A stretch of 59,925 nt of DNA from an uncultured Gammaproteobacteria bacterium (GTDB lineage Bacteria; Pseudomonadota; Gammaproteobacteria; Poriferisulfidales; GCA-002705445). Location of the stretch: the NCBI GenBank assembly GCA_913031205.1, contig CAJWEM010000005.1:1-59925 (forward strand), written 5' to 3'. The notes under the pieces were generated by a model. The model did not search any database and was not told where the DNA came from. It worked only from the letters and a program-made list of their open reading frames with translations. The position numbers were made by a program, and so were the translations under genes. Positions 28,735-37,961 of the stretch are shown one piece after another (the stretch's first letter is position 1; every line of letters starts with the position of its first letter).

Positions 28735-29770
28735 TAATTTTTCCGAAATAATTTAAAACAACCAAAGCTGAGGTAAAATGTGAGTAAATATCAAATTGCT
28801 TTTTCTTATTATTAACTATCAATTTATCTATTTTCTCAATTGGAATAAATTTTATTTTGTTATTATGACAAATTTCTTGGATTAGACTTCTTCCTTCACC
28901 AACAGACGTGACTACTAACTCCTCATTTAATAATTTTTCTATATTACTGATGTATTGAACTATGTATTTATTGAATTTTGATTTTAAATTTTTCGCGCAT
29001 GATTGAATTTTCTCTTTATCTTCATTTTTATAATCTTTGCCAATAAGCCTTGAGATTCTATTTAGACTATTAATCTCAGTATAAGGCAAATTGTCAGATC
29101 CAATGTGATTATTTTTCTCAAATTTTATATCATTCAGTATACAAAAAATATCTCCAGATGTTGCATAAACTTCATTGATAATTGGAATTTCTCTTTCATC
29201 AAATTTAGTGGTATTAGCAAACATAGGAACAGGAGTTCTTATCGCTCCTTGATATAGTAATGTCCTGTTTGATAAACGTTTAAAATCATTTATATTTTCA
29301 CTAACACTCATATTCCTATAAATAAAATCAGTTGTTGTAGAGCCTATATCAATGATCAAATTTATTTTATTTTGTCTGTTTAAGTAATTTAATGTAAGAA
29401 TCCAATTCGTTGAATACATACTTATGGGATTTTTTGCAGCCTCCTTAATATTTACATATTTATTATTATTTGAATAATATTTTTTTTCGCCATTTAAGTG
29501 TACATCGCATAAATTAATAATTGATGTTACCCCATGGCTTCTTGTTTCAAAGTTATCACATGCTTCAGCGGTAAATGTTATAAAATGATAATTATCCGAA
29601 CCAGAATATTTTTTTGAAATTTTTTCAATAAACTTTTCAAAAATGGACAAGCTATTCCAGATATTAATATTTTTAAAATAAAAATCAGATATCTCATAGT
29701 TTGAGTTTAAGACTGTTATTTTTGTATTAGCACCGCCAATATCCCAACCAAAATATATACTTTCACTCAT
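28727..29770 (-). CDS. H4MPT-linked C1-transfer protein Orf9 / MfnF-like (hydantoinase/oxoprolinase ASKHA fold)
   Basis: GWDIGGANTK, T.T.E..D.F..R..GV, S.NW, IDIGSTTTD, L.Y.G..RTP. Confidence 0.82.
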   Translation of the reverse strand: MSESIYFGWDIGGANTKITVLNSNYEISDFYFKNINIWNSLSIFEKFIEKISKKYSGSDNYHFITFTAEACDNFETRSHGVTSIINLCDVHLNGEKKYYSNNNKYVNIKEAAKNPISMYSTNWILTLNYLNRQNKINLIIDIGSTTTDFIYRNMSVSENINDFKRLSNRTLLYQGAIRTPVPMFANTTKFDEREIPIINEVYATSGDIFCILNDIKFEKNNHIGSDNLPYTEINSLNRISRLIGKDYKNEDKEKIQSCAKNLKSKFNKYIVQYISNIEKLLNEELVVTSVGEGRSLIQEICHNNKIKFIPIEKIDKLIVNNKKKQFDIYSHFTSALVVLNYFGKINE

Positions 29771-30741
29771 GTTATTAGGTTCTTAGAAAATAATTTGTTG
29801 TTATTAATATTAAAATCAAAGTTTATATTATTATAAAGTTGCATAGGATTAAAACCTAAAGATTCATGTAAGAATGAATATGATGTGGTTAGTCTAGGAT
29901 TAATTTCTAAAAAAAATATTTCGTTGTTATCAGTCATTATAAAATCAACACCAAAGAAACCGCTTAAACCCTCGAAGTTTAAGAGAATACTATTTATAAT
30001 ATTATCAAAATCTAAAATAAGTTTATTATACTTTCCAATAAACATTTCCTTTAAGTAGATTTCATGTTCTGATTTTCTTTGATAAATCTGCTCATTAATA
30101 GATAATATTCTATAAAATCCTTTAAATGCAAAAATATTTACTCCTATGGTAACTCCACTAATAAATTTTTGAAAATAATGTTTTTTTGTTAGCTTATTTA
30201 TATTTCTTTCCAAGTCTTCCCTATTCTTAAAAATAAATAAATCTTCAGCGCCTATACCGTCAATTTTTTTTGAAATTATTAATTCATCGGATTCTATTTC
30301 AATATAATTTTGATGCATTGGTAGTGTATTTGACAATATTTTTTTAAATATTTTATTTGTGTCTGATTTATTGGTAGTAATTTTTATCACATTACTTGCA
30401 CTATTAAGATGTGAAATATTATTTTCTTCCATTTTTCTTACAATTTCATACAAGATATAATTCTCCTCAGGGGCAAGAACTAATATTTTGTCGTAATCAT
30501 TCTTATGATTTATAAAATCGTCTATTAAGTCAGATTCATGGTTTCTTTCTAAAATACTCGTATTTTCAAAAAAATTCTTATTTTTTTTGTCAACTAACAG
30601 TGTTATCTTAGAACTTGGATAATTTTTAGATAAATCTTTAATTATGCTATGTATAATTAACTTCGCTTCATTAATTAGTAAAAGAGGTGTGTTTTCATCT
30701 ATCTCTTCTCCTAAAATATACTCGTAAACTAGAATATTCAT
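29767..30741 (-). CDS. ATP-grasp protein, MfnD (tyramine--glutamate ligase)/Orf1-like
   Basis: MNILVYEY, LAPE, K..DG.G, QKFISG, GFFGVDF, EINPRLTTSY. Confidence 0.82.
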   Translation of the reverse strand: MNILVYEYILGEEIDENTPLLLINEAKLIIHSIIKDLSKNYPSSKITLLVDKKNKNFFENTSILERNHESDLIDDFINHKNDYDKILVLAPEENYILYEIVRKMEENNISHLNSASNVIKITTNKSDTNKIFKKILSNTLPMHQNYIEIESDELIISKKIDGIGAEDLFIFKNREDLERNINKLTKKHYFQKFISGVTIGVNIFAFKGFYRILSINEQIYQRKSEHEIYLKEMFIGKYNKLILDFDNIINSILLNFEGLSGFFGVDFIMTDNNEIFFLEINPRLTTSYSFLHESLGFNPMQLYNNINFDFNINNNKLFSKNLIT

Positions 30742-30746
30742 TTTAT

Positions 30747-31418
30747 ATGAAACTTATACCTGCGATTGATTTAAAAAATAGTAAAGTTGTTACTCCAAAT
30801 AGCAGTGATAGGTCTAATTATCAAGAAATATCACTCAAAAAATCACCTACGTCAGACCCGATACAATTTATTAGATATTTGTTATCGATAAATAATTTTA
30901 ACACAATATATCTTGCTGATTTAGATTCTATTGAAGATTTTAAAGAAAATAATATTTTATTAATTGAAATATTAAATAATTACAGAGATATTCATTTTAT
31001 TGTAGATAATGGGATGAGGAAATTATCACAATTGAGCTATTTAAATAATAATAATTTTACGCAAATTATAGCAACAGAGACATTTATAGATTATGAAAAA
31101 CTATACAAAGCATCAAATATTAACTATATATTATCGCTCGATATTAAAAATAAAAAAATTCTCACAGAAACAGAAGAATATCGATCTCTTAAGCCAAAAA
31201 AAACTATATGTATGAACCTTGATGATGTCGGTAAAAGAAATGGATTAAATATAGAAAATATTGAGTTATGTAAAAATATTTTTCCGGAAACAAAACTCAT
31301 CTATTCTGGCGGAGTGGGAACCCAGGAAGACCTAATTAGTTTGAACAATATGAATATAAAAGAAGTTATTCTTTTAACTTGTATACTAAATAAAGAAATT
31401 ACATATAGTGAATCATAA
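30747..31418 (+). CDS. HisA/HisF-related TIM-barrel protein (Orf17-like of C1 islands)
   Basis: MKLIPAIDLK...VV, DR.NY, IYLADLDSI, VDNG, TET, LSLD, L..VG, GGV. Confidence 0.8.
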   Translation: MKLIPAIDLKNSKVVTPNSSDRSNYQEISLKKSPTSDPIQFIRYLLSINNFNTIYLADLDSIEDFKENNILLIEILNNYRDIHFIVDNGMRKLSQLSYLNNNNFTQIIATETFIDYEKLYKASNINYILSLDIKNKKILTETEEYRSLKPKKTICMNLDDVGKRNGLNIENIELCKNIFPETKLIYSGGVGTQEDLISLNNMNIKEVILLTCILNKEITYSES

Positions 31419-31420
31419 TG

Positions 31421-32047
31421 TTATTTAATTTTAAAACAGTCCATGATGACATCAGTAATTTGCTTTAAAACTTCCTCCTTATTTCTTTTAGAGTCAATAT
31501 TTTTTATTCTGTCGGGATTTTTTTTCAATAATTCTAAATAACCTAAATAAACATCTTCAAAAAATTTATCATCTAAATTTTCAAATCTATCTTTAGTTTT
31601 TGATTCTGGAAAACGTTTCTTTGCAAGATCATATGACAAATTAAAAAAAAAGGTTAGATCTGGAATAATTTTTCTCGTAAAATTTTCAACTAATAATTCT
31701 ATTTTTTCCAAATTAACTTTTTTACCATAACCTTGATAAGCAAAAGAAGCATCAATAAACCTATCGCATAGTACCCAAATTCCCGAATTTAATTTTGGCT
31801 CTATTACTTCTTTAATATGCTGATATCTGATTGCAAATAGAAGAAGCAATTCAGAATCTACTGGGATTATTGATTCTTTACTTAGAAGAAGATCGCGGAT
31901 TTTTTCACCAAATTCAGTACCTCCAGGTTCTCTGGTACGATATACTTGAATGTTCTTTTGTATTAAAAATTTTTCAACTTCAAAAATTGTTGTAGATTTT
32001 CCTACACCTTCAATACCCTCAAAACTTATAAATTTACCTTTTTCCAT
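31421..32047 (-). CDS. tmk: Thymidylate kinase
   Basis: FEGIEGVGKST, TREPGGT, CDRF..AS.AYQG. Confidence 0.96.
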   Translation of the reverse strand: MEKGKFISFEGIEGVGKSTTIFEVEKFLIQKNIQVYRTREPGGTEFGEKIRDLLLSKESIIPVDSELLLLFAIRYQHIKEVIEPKLNSGIWVLCDRFIDASFAYQGYGKKVNLEKIELLVENFTRKIIPDLTFFFNLSYDLAKKRFPESKTKDRFENLDDKFFEDVYLGYLELLKKNPDRIKNIDSKRNKEEVLKQITDVIMDCFKIK

Positions 32048-32050
32048 ATT

Positions 32051-33052
32051 TTATTTTTTTTGATACTTATTTACTGCTTTAACATGATCTTGATAATTTT
32101 TTGAAAAAACATGTTTTCCATTCTTATCTGCAACAAAGTATAAGTAGTCGCTAATAATTGGTTTGCTCGCTGCTTTAATTGAGCTTTCTCCCGGTGAGCA
32201 TATAGGAGTTTTAGGCAAACCTTTTATCTTGTATGTATTATATTCGTTTTTCGTATTTAAATCTTTTTTTGTAATATTTCCTTTATAGTTTTTCATGCCA
32301 TAAATTACAGTAGGGTCAGCTTGTAACCTCATATTTTTATTTAGTCTATTTATAAAAACACTAGCAATTATTGGTTTTTCCAGTTTATTCGCCGTTTCTT
32401 TTTCAATTATCGAAGCCATTATTAGCATTTCATAAGGTGATTTGTATGGCAGAGAAAAATCCCTTTTACGCCAGTAATACAGAAGAACATTTTCCATTTT
32501 TTTTTGGCAAATTTTCAAAAAATTTTCAAAGGTAGTTCCCGATGAAAATTTATATGTGTCAGGAAAACATAAGCCTTCTAGTGAAGGATAATTAACTTGA
32601 GATAAGTAGGTTTTTTCATATTTAGCATCAAATTCAACACTATCTATACTATTGTTTTTATATAGGATATTTTTAATTTCATTATAAGTTGTACCTTCGA
32701 TAATAGTAATATTTTCCTGTATTAAATTTCCATTTACAAGTTTTACTAGAAAGCTATATTCAGAGTCATTTTTTTGTACTCTATATCTGCCGTTCAGAAA
32801 AACAGGATTATAGTTGTATAAATAAGCAAGAACCTTGAACCTAAATATTGAATCAATATAGCCTTTTTTGTGTAAATTAAAAATTGTATTACTTACTGCA
32901 TCTCCCTCCTTAACAATAAATATCTTTGAGCTATTATTTTTATATACACTATTTTTAAATGAAAAATTTAAATAGGATAAAAATAATAATATTAATAATG
33001 AAATTACAAAAAAAATAAACTTTAATATTTTTAAATTTTGGAATTTTATCAT
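32051..33052 (-). CDS. mltG: Endolytic transglycosylase MltG
   Basis: EG..FPDTY, MASIIEKET, RLQADPTVIYG, YNTY...GLP.TPI. Confidence 0.95.
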   Translation of the reverse strand: MIKFQNLKILKFIFFVISLLILLFLSYLNFSFKNSVYKNNSSKIFIVKEGDAVSNTIFNLHKKGYIDSIFRFKVLAYLYNYNPVFLNGRYRVQKNDSEYSFLVKLVNGNLIQENITIIEGTTYNEIKNILYKNNSIDSVEFDAKYEKTYLSQVNYPSLEGLCFPDTYKFSSGTTFENFLKICQKKMENVLLYYWRKRDFSLPYKSPYEMLIMASIIEKETANKLEKPIIASVFINRLNKNMRLQADPTVIYGMKNYKGNITKKDLNTKNEYNTYKIKGLPKTPICSPGESSIKAASKPIISDYLYFVADKNGKHVFSKNYQDHVKAVNKYQKK

Positions 33053-33852
33053 TCTTCTAATAATACACGAAGTTTTTCAACTAAATTATTTTTTTTATAA
33101 CTAAATCCATTTATTGACTTTATCTTCCATACTTGTCTTATAGAATTACAAAAAAAAGCAGCATCAAACTGATTTATACTATTTTTTTTTATATCTAAGG
33201 ACTTGATAGTAATTTTATTTTTTTTTAGTGTATTTATAATTACACTTTTCATAACACCATCAACACCGATATTATTTAGTTTTGGCGTATAAAATTTATT
33301 TTTCTTTATGAAAAATATATTACTTGCCGTACCCTCAATAATATTATCTTTATGATCACATAAAATTACTTCAGGATAATTTTTTGAAATTTCACTTGTT
33401 GCAATAATATTATCAATTTTATTGCAATGCTTTATGTTGTCTATATTTGTGTTTTGAAATAGTTTTGTTTTTGCAAATTTTGTTTTTATCCCATGTGTGT
33501 AATAGCTACTTGGATATTCTGGTATGCGAGTTGTTGAAATAATAATATTAGGTTTTTTTGCTAATTCAATATTGTATCCCCTTTTTTTTGCAAAACCTCG
33601 AGATACATTTATACATAAAACACAATTTATTTGATCTTTTAAAGCTTTTCTTATTTGAATTTCAAGCGCGTTGACATCAAAGTTTTTGATTTTGATATTC
33701 TTAATCCCTTTATTAAGTCTGTTTAAGTGAAGTTTTAAATTTATAGGTTTTTTTTTCTTAACCAAAATTGTTTCAAAAACCGCATCGCCATACAAAAAAC
33801 CTCTATCAAATATACTAATACTTGATCCAGCTTTACCATTTATTAAATTCAT
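33049..33852 (-). CDS. pabC: 4-amino-4-deoxychorismate lyase (aminotransferase class IV)
   Basis: DRGFLYGDAVFET, IKHCN, EGTASNIF; fabF-pabC-mltG-tmk synteny. Confidence 0.88.
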   Translation of the reverse strand: MNLINGKAGSSISIFDRGFLYGDAVFETILVKKKKPINLKLHLNRLNKGIKNIKIKNFDVNALEIQIRKALKDQINCVLCINVSRGFAKKRGYNIELAKKPNIIISTTRIPEYPSSYYTHGIKTKFAKTKLFQNTNIDNIKHCNKIDNIIATSEISKNYPEVILCDHKDNIIEGTASNIFFIKKNKFYTPKLNNIGVDGVMKSVIINTLKKNKITIKSLDIKKNSINQFDAAFFCNSIRQVWKIKSINGFSYKKNNLVEKLRVLLEE

Positions 33853-33855
33853 AAA

Positions 33856-35106
33856 TTAAATTCGCTTGAAAACTAATGTACCATTTGTGCCGCCAAAACC
33901 AAAAGAGTTTGACATGCTTACGTCAACTTTTACGTCTCTTGCTGAATTTGGGACATAGTCTAAATCACATTCTGGATCTTGATCATGCAAATTAATTGTG
34001 GGTGGAATAACGTTGTCTCTTATAGATAAAACACTGAATACAGCCTCAACTCCGCCAGCTGCTCCCAAAAGATGCCCGATCATTGATTTAGTTGAGCTTA
34101 CAGGAGTATTCTTTGCATTTTCAATTCCGAGTGCTGCTTTTATTGCGTCAGATTCGGCTTTATCTCCAGCAGGTGTTGAAGTTCCATGAGCATTTATATA
34201 GTCAATATCATCAAAGTTTAGAGAGGCCTCTTTTATAGCTTCTTGCATACATTTTGAGGCTCCTACTCCGCCTGCCGCTGGCTGTGTCATATGATGAGCA
34301 TCACTATTCATTCCAAAACCAACAAGCTCACAGTATATTTTTGCACCTCTTTTTTTTGCAGTTTCATAATCTTCCAAAACTAAAATACCTGCGCCATCTC
34401 CCAATACAAAACCATTCCTATTTAAATCCCATGGTTTACTAGCGGTTTCTGGGTCATCGTTATTTGATGAACATAAAGCTTTAGCGGAGGCAAATCCCCC
34501 AATACCAAGTGGGCATGTTGCCATTTCTGCTCCCCCAGCTATCATGCAGTCCACGTAACCATGTTTGATTAATCTTGCAGCATCACCAATGCTGTGAGTA
34601 CCTGTTGCACAAGCAGACACTAAGGACATATTAGGCCCCGTAATACCATATTTTATTGAAAGGTTTCCCGAAACCATGTTAATAATTGAGCTTGGAACAA
34701 AAAAAGGTGAAATTTTTCTTGGGCCACTTTGTAAAAAGTTTCCATAATTTCTCTCAATATAAGGAAGACCACCGATCCCTGAACCAATTGAAATTCCAAT
34801 TTTATCAGCATTTGATTCATTGATTTGCAACCCCGAGTCTTCAATCGCCATAACACTCGCACCAATTCCATAATGAATAAAAGTATCCATTTTTTTCTGT
34901 TCTTTGGGGGTGATATAGTCTTCCGCGTTAAAATCTACTACAGAGCCTGATATTTGAACTGAAAAAGAACTTGCATCAAAAGAATCAATTTTTCTTATAC
35001 CGCTTACGCCTTCTTTAATATTATTCCATGCTTTTTCTATCGATGAGCCGACTGGTGAAACTAATCCTAATCCTGTTACTACAACGCGTCTTATCTTCTC
35101 TGTCAT
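33856..35106 (-). CDS. fabF: Beta-ketoacyl-ACP synthase II
   Basis: SACATG, INAHGTST, SMIGHLLGAAG, SNSFGFGG. Confidence 0.98.
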   Translation of the reverse strand: MTEKIRRVVVTGLGLVSPVGSSIEKAWNNIKEGVSGIRKIDSFDASSFSVQISGSVVDFNAEDYITPKEQKKMDTFIHYGIGASVMAIEDSGLQINESNADKIGISIGSGIGGLPYIERNYGNFLQSGPRKISPFFVPSSIINMVSGNLSIKYGITGPNMSLVSACATGTHSIGDAARLIKHGYVDCMIAGGAEMATCPLGIGGFASAKALCSSNNDDPETASKPWDLNRNGFVLGDGAGILVLEDYETAKKRGAKIYCELVGFGMNSDAHHMTQPAAGGVGASKCMQEAIKEASLNFDDIDYINAHGTSTPAGDKAESDAIKAALGIENAKNTPVSSTKSMIGHLLGAAGGVEAVFSVLSIRDNVIPPTINLHDQDPECDLDYVPNSARDVKVDVSMSNSFGFGGTNGTLVFKRI

Positions 35107-35142
35107 CTTAATAAAATTGATAAATTAGATATTCTAATTAAG

Positions 35143-35376
35143 TTACTTACTGTTAGCATTCACGTAAGCATTTGCTTGCGCAACAGTGGTTATTTTTTCT
35201 GCTTCCTCGTCTGGGATTTCGCAATCAAATTCTTCTTCTAGTGCCATTACTAATTCGACAGTATCAAGAGAATCAGCACCTAAATCATCCACAAAGGAGG
35301 CGTTATCTGTGATTTGCTCTTCCTTAACTCCAAGTTGTTCCATTATTACTTTCTTTACTCTATCTTCATTGCTCAT
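35143..35376 (-). CDS. acpP: Acyl carrier protein
   Basis: [20 protein letters not shown]. Confidence 0.98.
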   Translation of the reverse strand: MSNEDRVKKVIMEQLGVKEEQITDNASFVDDLGADSLDTVELVMALEEEFDCEIPDEEAEKITTVAQANAYVNANSK

Positions 35377-35458
35377 GATGTCCCCTATTGGTTATAAAGC
35401 TATATTAAAAAAACTCGCTCATTCTATTAAATAAATGCTAGATAATCCACGATTTTTA

Positions 35459-36199
35459 TTACATGTACAAACCACCATTCACATGAATCGTTTCTCCAGT
35501 AATATAACTAGCCTTGTCAGAGGCTAAAAAAGCTACCATATATGCAATATCTTCAGCTTTACCCATTTTAGCCATTGGAATACCTTTTGAAATTTGCTCC
35601 TTCTGGGTTTCATTTAGCTGATCAGTCATATCAGTTTCGATGAAGCCTGGGGAAACACAATTAACAGTTATTCCTCTAGTTGCAACCTCTTTTGACAAAG
35701 ATTTACAAAATCCAATCATACCAGATTTTGAGCTTACATAGTTAGTCTGGCCAGCATTCCCAGTACTTGCAACAACAGATGAAATACAAATAATTCGACC
35801 TTTTTTCTTTTTTATCATAGGTTTAACGAATACTTTTGATATTAAATATAAAGAGTTAAGATTGGTGTTTATTGTCTCAAACCATTGATCGTCAGACATT
35901 CTAATTAACAAATTATCATTTGTTATACCTGCATTGTTAATTAATACGTCTGGAGTTTCTGAATAATCACCATTGATATCACTATAAAGCTTTTCAATCG
36001 AATCCTTGTCTTTAACGTCTAAAACATACGCTGATCCCTCTATTTTACTGGATTCCATTTCCTTTTTTAAAGCACCTACTGACTTTTCACTTGTGCCAGT
36101 GCCTATGACAAGAAAATCACTTTTTGCCAATTCTTTAGCAATTGCAAGGCCAATTCCCCTAGTTGCCCCTGTAACGAGAGCTATTTTTCTACTATTCAT
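35459..36199 (-). CDS. fabG: 3-oxoacyl-ACP reductase
   Basis: TGATRGIG, NNAGIT, GQTNYVSSK, PGFIETDMT. Confidence 0.96.
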   Translation of the reverse strand: MNSRKIALVTGATRGIGLAIAKELAKSDFLVIGTGTSEKSVGALKKEMESSKIEGSAYVLDVKDKDSIEKLYSDINGDYSETPDVLINNAGITNDNLLIRMSDDQWFETINTNLNSLYLISKVFVKPMIKKKKGRIICISSVVASTGNAGQTNYVSSKSGMIGFCKSLSKEVATRGITVNCVSPGFIETDMTDQLNETQKEQISKGIPMAKMGKAEDIAYMVAFLASDKASYITGETIHVNGGLYM

Positions 36200-37122
36200 A
36201 TGTTTCCTACAGTTTCTAAAGCTGCTTCTAAACTATTTGAGTCAGATACTGACAGAGATTTTATACTATTATCGATCCTTTTGTTGAAAGATGTTAAAAC
36301 TTTTCCTGGCCCAAGTTCAAGGAGTGTATCAACGCCCTGCTGCTCCATTAATTCAACAGTCTCAACCCATCTGACCGAAGAGTACAATTGTCGAACCAAA
36401 GCGTCTTTTATCATTTCCCCATCTTCTTCTACTTTAACATCGACATTATTAATTACAGGTATAGTCGGTTTTGAAATTTTAATATCTTTTATAAAATCCA
36501 TGAAAACTAACGATTGCTCCTTCATCAAAAAAGAGTGTGCGGCTACACTGACGGGTATGGGTATAACCTTCTTTGCTTTTTTTGAGACTGATAAATCAGA
36601 TAATCTCTTTACTCCTTTTTCTGTTCCAGATATAACAATCTGTCCAGGGGCATTTATATTTGCGATGCTTACGTCGTCAAAATTGTTTTCTTCGTAAATA
36701 TTTTTTAAATCCTCAAAATCAATACCAATGATAGCCGCCATCTTTCCATCTGGTGCCGCTTTCATACACTCTGCTCTTTTTTTCACAAGTTTAATAGCAT
36801 CTTTAAATTTTATAGAGTTAGATGCACACAAAGCTGTGTATTCTCCAAAACTATGTCCGGCTAAATAAATTGGAAGTTCGCCGCCCTCATCGTTCCAAAT
36901 CTTCCAAATTGAATATGCTGAGCAAAGCATGATGGGTTGAGTAAATTCTGTGTCATTAATTTTGGATTCAGGTCCATTTTTAGTAATTTTCCATAAATCG
37001 CAGGATAGTAGGTCTGAGGCTTCTTCAAAAACTTCTGAGACAACCTTATATGTAGATTTTAGATCTTTTAGCATACCGATGCTTTGAGATCCTTGACCAG
37101 GAAATAATACTCCAAGACTCAT
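36196..37122 (-). CDS. fabD: Malonyl-CoA:ACP transacylase
   Basis: FPGQGSQ, AGHSFGEY, VSVAAHS, ELGPGKVL. Confidence 0.97.
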   Translation of the reverse strand: MSLGVLFPGQGSQSIGMLKDLKSTYKVVSEVFEEASDLLSCDLWKITKNGPESKINDTEFTQPIMLCSAYSIWKIWNDEGGELPIYLAGHSFGEYTALCASNSIKFKDAIKLVKKRAECMKAAPDGKMAAIIGIDFEDLKNIYEENNFDDVSIANINAPGQIVISGTEKGVKRLSDLSVSKKAKKVIPIPVSVAAHSFLMKEQSLVFMDFIKDIKISKPTIPVINNVDVKVEEDGEMIKDALVRQLYSSVRWVETVELMEQQGVDTLLELGPGKVLTSFNKRIDNSIKSLSVSDSNSLEAALETVGNI

Positions 37123-37270
37123 TTAGTTTTTCCTCTTAAATTTAAGCATGTCAATAAAATCACCGCACAAGCTTTATTTCTATTAAAAACAAAAATCTGT
37201 TATATTTGTTATAAGTTTTTTAACGTAAAATTAAAAATAATACAATATTTAATTTAAAAAAATAAAATTT

Positions 37271-37489
37271 ATGGCAAAAGAAGAACATATAGAAATGGAA
37301 GGTATTGTTGTTGAAACATTACCAAATACTATGTTTAGAGTTGAATTGGAAAATGGTCATATAGTAACAGCACATATTTCTGGGAAAATGCGTAAAAACT
37401 ATATTCGAATTTTAACTGGTGACAAGGTAACTGTGGCATTAACACCATATGACCTTTCAAAAGGAAGAATTACTTTTCGCGATAGATAA
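37271..37489 (+). CDS. infA: Translation initiation factor IF-1
   Basis: [11 protein letters not shown]...[15 protein letters not shown]. Confidence 0.98.
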   Translation: MAKEEHIEMEGIVVETLPNTMFRVELENGHIVTAHISGKMRKNYIRILTGDKVTVALTPYDLSKGRITFRDR

Positions 37490-37508
37490 ATTTATAAATT
37501 TTATAATA

Positions 37509-37961
37509 ATGTCATGGATTCCTCATATTACCGTAGCTTCTGTTATTGAAAATAATAAAAAATATTTATTTGTAGAAGAGTTTGTTCAAGATCTTGTAGT
37601 TCTAAACCAACCAGCTGGGCATTTAGAGGAAAATGAGACAATTAAAGAAGCCTGCGCTCGTGAAGTTCTTGAGGAAACAGCATATAAAGTAAAAGTTGAT
37701 TACCTAATAGGTATATACCAAGAGCGAAGGAAAAATTCTGCTGATATGTGGTTAAGATTTTGCTTTAAATGCACAATAGAGGATGAGGTTCTTAATAGAG
37801 AGCTTGATAAAAATATTATAAGGAAAGTTTGGTTAACCAAAGATGATATTCTAAATCCAAATTATAATCTCAGAAGTAATATGGTTTTGAAATGCATAAA
37901 TGATTATGAATCAGGGCAAAGATATCCAAATGAAATTATTCAATCATCTCTTGAGAAATGA
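37509..37961 (+). CDS. nudJ: Nudix hydrolase NudJ/YmfB-like
   Basis: W.PHITVA, LNQPAGHLE, REVLEETA Nudix box; upstream of mnmA. Confidence 0.85.
   Translation: MSWIPHITVASVIENNKKYLFVEEFVQDLVVLNQPAGHLEENETIKEACAREVLEETAYKVKVDYLIGIYQERRKNSADMWLRFCFKCTIEDEVLNRELDKNIIRKVWLTKDDILNPNYNLRSNMVLKCINDYESGQRYPNEIIQSSLEK

Noticed and set aside
30747-31418. Call as histidine-biosynthesis hisA/hisF
   Set aside because: No his genes nearby; the DRxxY and YxADLD pattern and context fit the C1-linked HisA-related family
36200-36697. 165-aa ORF antisense to fabD
   Set aside because: Codon-register shadow with no SD and no recognisable domain
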